Of a DNA stretch of 33,252 bases, positions 31,732 to 33,252 are shown piece by piece. Both the position numbers and the translations under genes were made by a program. The stretch is from positions 1 through 33,252 of the forward strand of contig JAUCBJ010000017.1 in assembly GCA_032718475.1 (NCBI GenBank), written 5' to 3'. Position 1 is the first letter of the stretch; each line of letters begins with the position of its first letter. The DNA is from Nemertoderma westbladi. Its lineage: Eukaryota; Animalia; Xenacoelomorpha. The notes below the pieces were generated by a model. The model worked only from the letters and a program-made list of their open reading frames with translations, ran no database searches and had not been told where the DNA came from.

Positions 31732-33252
31732 AATGCTCCATGTGCTCTGTAGGATGTCTGCAGAGCACACAGGACACCACGTCCATATCATACCATAGGT
31801 TTGTACGCTATAGCCGTTATTTAATCCGCACCGCCTAGGTTATAATAATTTACAGCGATTAGCAGAAAATAACAGCCGCAATTGAATCTCCACTTGGCGG
31901 TGTGGTGGTAATGAAAGCAAGGGCGCGGCGGGTATGGGCTGTGTGGAGTTTAATTCTGAGTTACGCAATGTGTTGGTTGGGTGGATGGCTACAATACATT
32001 ATAATGGGGGGGGGGGGGAGATACATGGGAGGATACAATAATTGTATCCTGGCTGGCCAATGGCTAGATCCTGGGGGGGGGGGGGGGGGGGGGTAATATG
32101 AGAATATCCCTTGGTATTATTATATCAGTTGACATTGTGGCCTTCTGGCTGGCCACAAGTGGGAAATACGTTGCTTTCTTGTAAGGATAAATAATTGATT
32201 CGAGTCACAACAAATTATGTCATAGGGAGTACAGGAGTCAGCGGTCTCCGTGCTATTTGCTGTATATTATTAGCTTGGGGTGCCGACAGCGACAGACCAC
32301 TAACAAAGTAAAGGCATAGCATGTGTAATGGCTCTTAGCTTATGCCGCCCCAGCATGTAAAACCATTTATCTGCTGTGGAATGGAATTCCCCGAAATTTA
32401 CTAAAGGCTTCCCAAGAAATTAGACAGCCAACTAACCCATACACAGGAGGCGGCCGCGAACCAAAGAGATTGGCCTCCTGGCACTGAGCCGGCCTGGTCG
32501 CAAAGGAACTATGCAGGTAGTAATTTGTACTAAACTAATTTATTACACTAAACTTTCTTACTAAAATTTCAACATGGAGGTCTTTTCTGTTTGCCCATAA
32601 ACAATTAAACAGACGTTGTATTTGTCTCGATATTAATTAAAATTTCCACCTTATCTCGCAAATAGTGGCGCCAGTTGGTCGCAAATAAAAAAGTTCTCAG
32701 CGCAAATCGATGAAATCTAGTTTGGTTTGTTGTTTTGGTTAGAAAACACAACCCCTTTAACCTGCTCCTTTCGATGTATTACATTAATTTTTTTGAAACA
32801 AATTGTAGCTGTACCAGTAATGGCCCTGTTCTCAGATACACTTGCGGTGACAGCACGGTGAAATCGCATACTGTGAATCACAGCATTTGGGTTGTTGTTG
32901 CAGAGATGCGAGTAAAGCAGTTACAGTCAACTGTATGTTCGGTTGGGTGATGACTTAGCCCGCAAAATGGGAATCGTTTACCCGCAAGCTTTCTTAGCCA
33001 GTGGGCAGGGCATCCTTAGCCCGAAAATAAATTGTATTAGCCCGCGGGAATTGATACTGGACGATTAAATTGACAGACTGGCTTTCTAGTGAATAATGTC
33101 TAAAGAAAATAATTTAATAATATTCCAGAGGCTTTATTTCAGAACGTAGCCCGGAGTTGTTAGTGGGGCCTATTACAAGACTCAGTCTGGTACTGGTACA
33201 CTACCACAACACTGTGTTGTCATTCTAATAATGATTATAATAATTCACAATT

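Noticed and set aside
31741-31769. 13-bp hairpin TGTGCTCTGTAGG-ATG-TCTGCAGAGCACA
   Set aside because: It is isolated, with no CTAG-type Helitron terminus or other supporting context.
32445-32517. HDV-like ribozyme (GGCCGCG...GCCTCCTGGC...GCCGGCCTGG)
   Set aside because: P3/L3 spacing is wrong (4-nt loop) and I could not build P1/P2 or the catalytic J4/2 strand. Only a simple CAGGAGGC/GCCTCCTG hairpin is supported.

Overview
This is eukaryotic DNA, most likely from a metazoan invertebrate, and about 60% of it is tandem repeat. From left to right it holds the 3' part of a near-intact APE-RT LINE (1-2876, one frameshift), then four unrelated satellite arrays almost end to end (44 bp, 39/35 bp, 15 bp and 56 bp units; 3631-24801). 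Next come a single-exon cyclin Y gene on the minus strand, a nested set of non-autonomous elements (TA-flanked TIR element > TIR element with an 11-bp TSD > tRNA-SINE), and a decayed RTE-type RT fragment. The most notable item interrupts the 15-bp array: a ~160-bp minus-strand cassette in which a tRNA-derived Pol III promoter (A and B boxes) is fused directly to a minimal type I hammerhead ribozyme, followed by a TTTT terminator. The cassette is bracketed by 23-bp inverted repeats and sits beside a ~210-bp foldback element. Almost all long ORFs between 16.3 and 24.1 kb are repeat artefacts. Copy numbers are estimates from array length, and no database searches were run.
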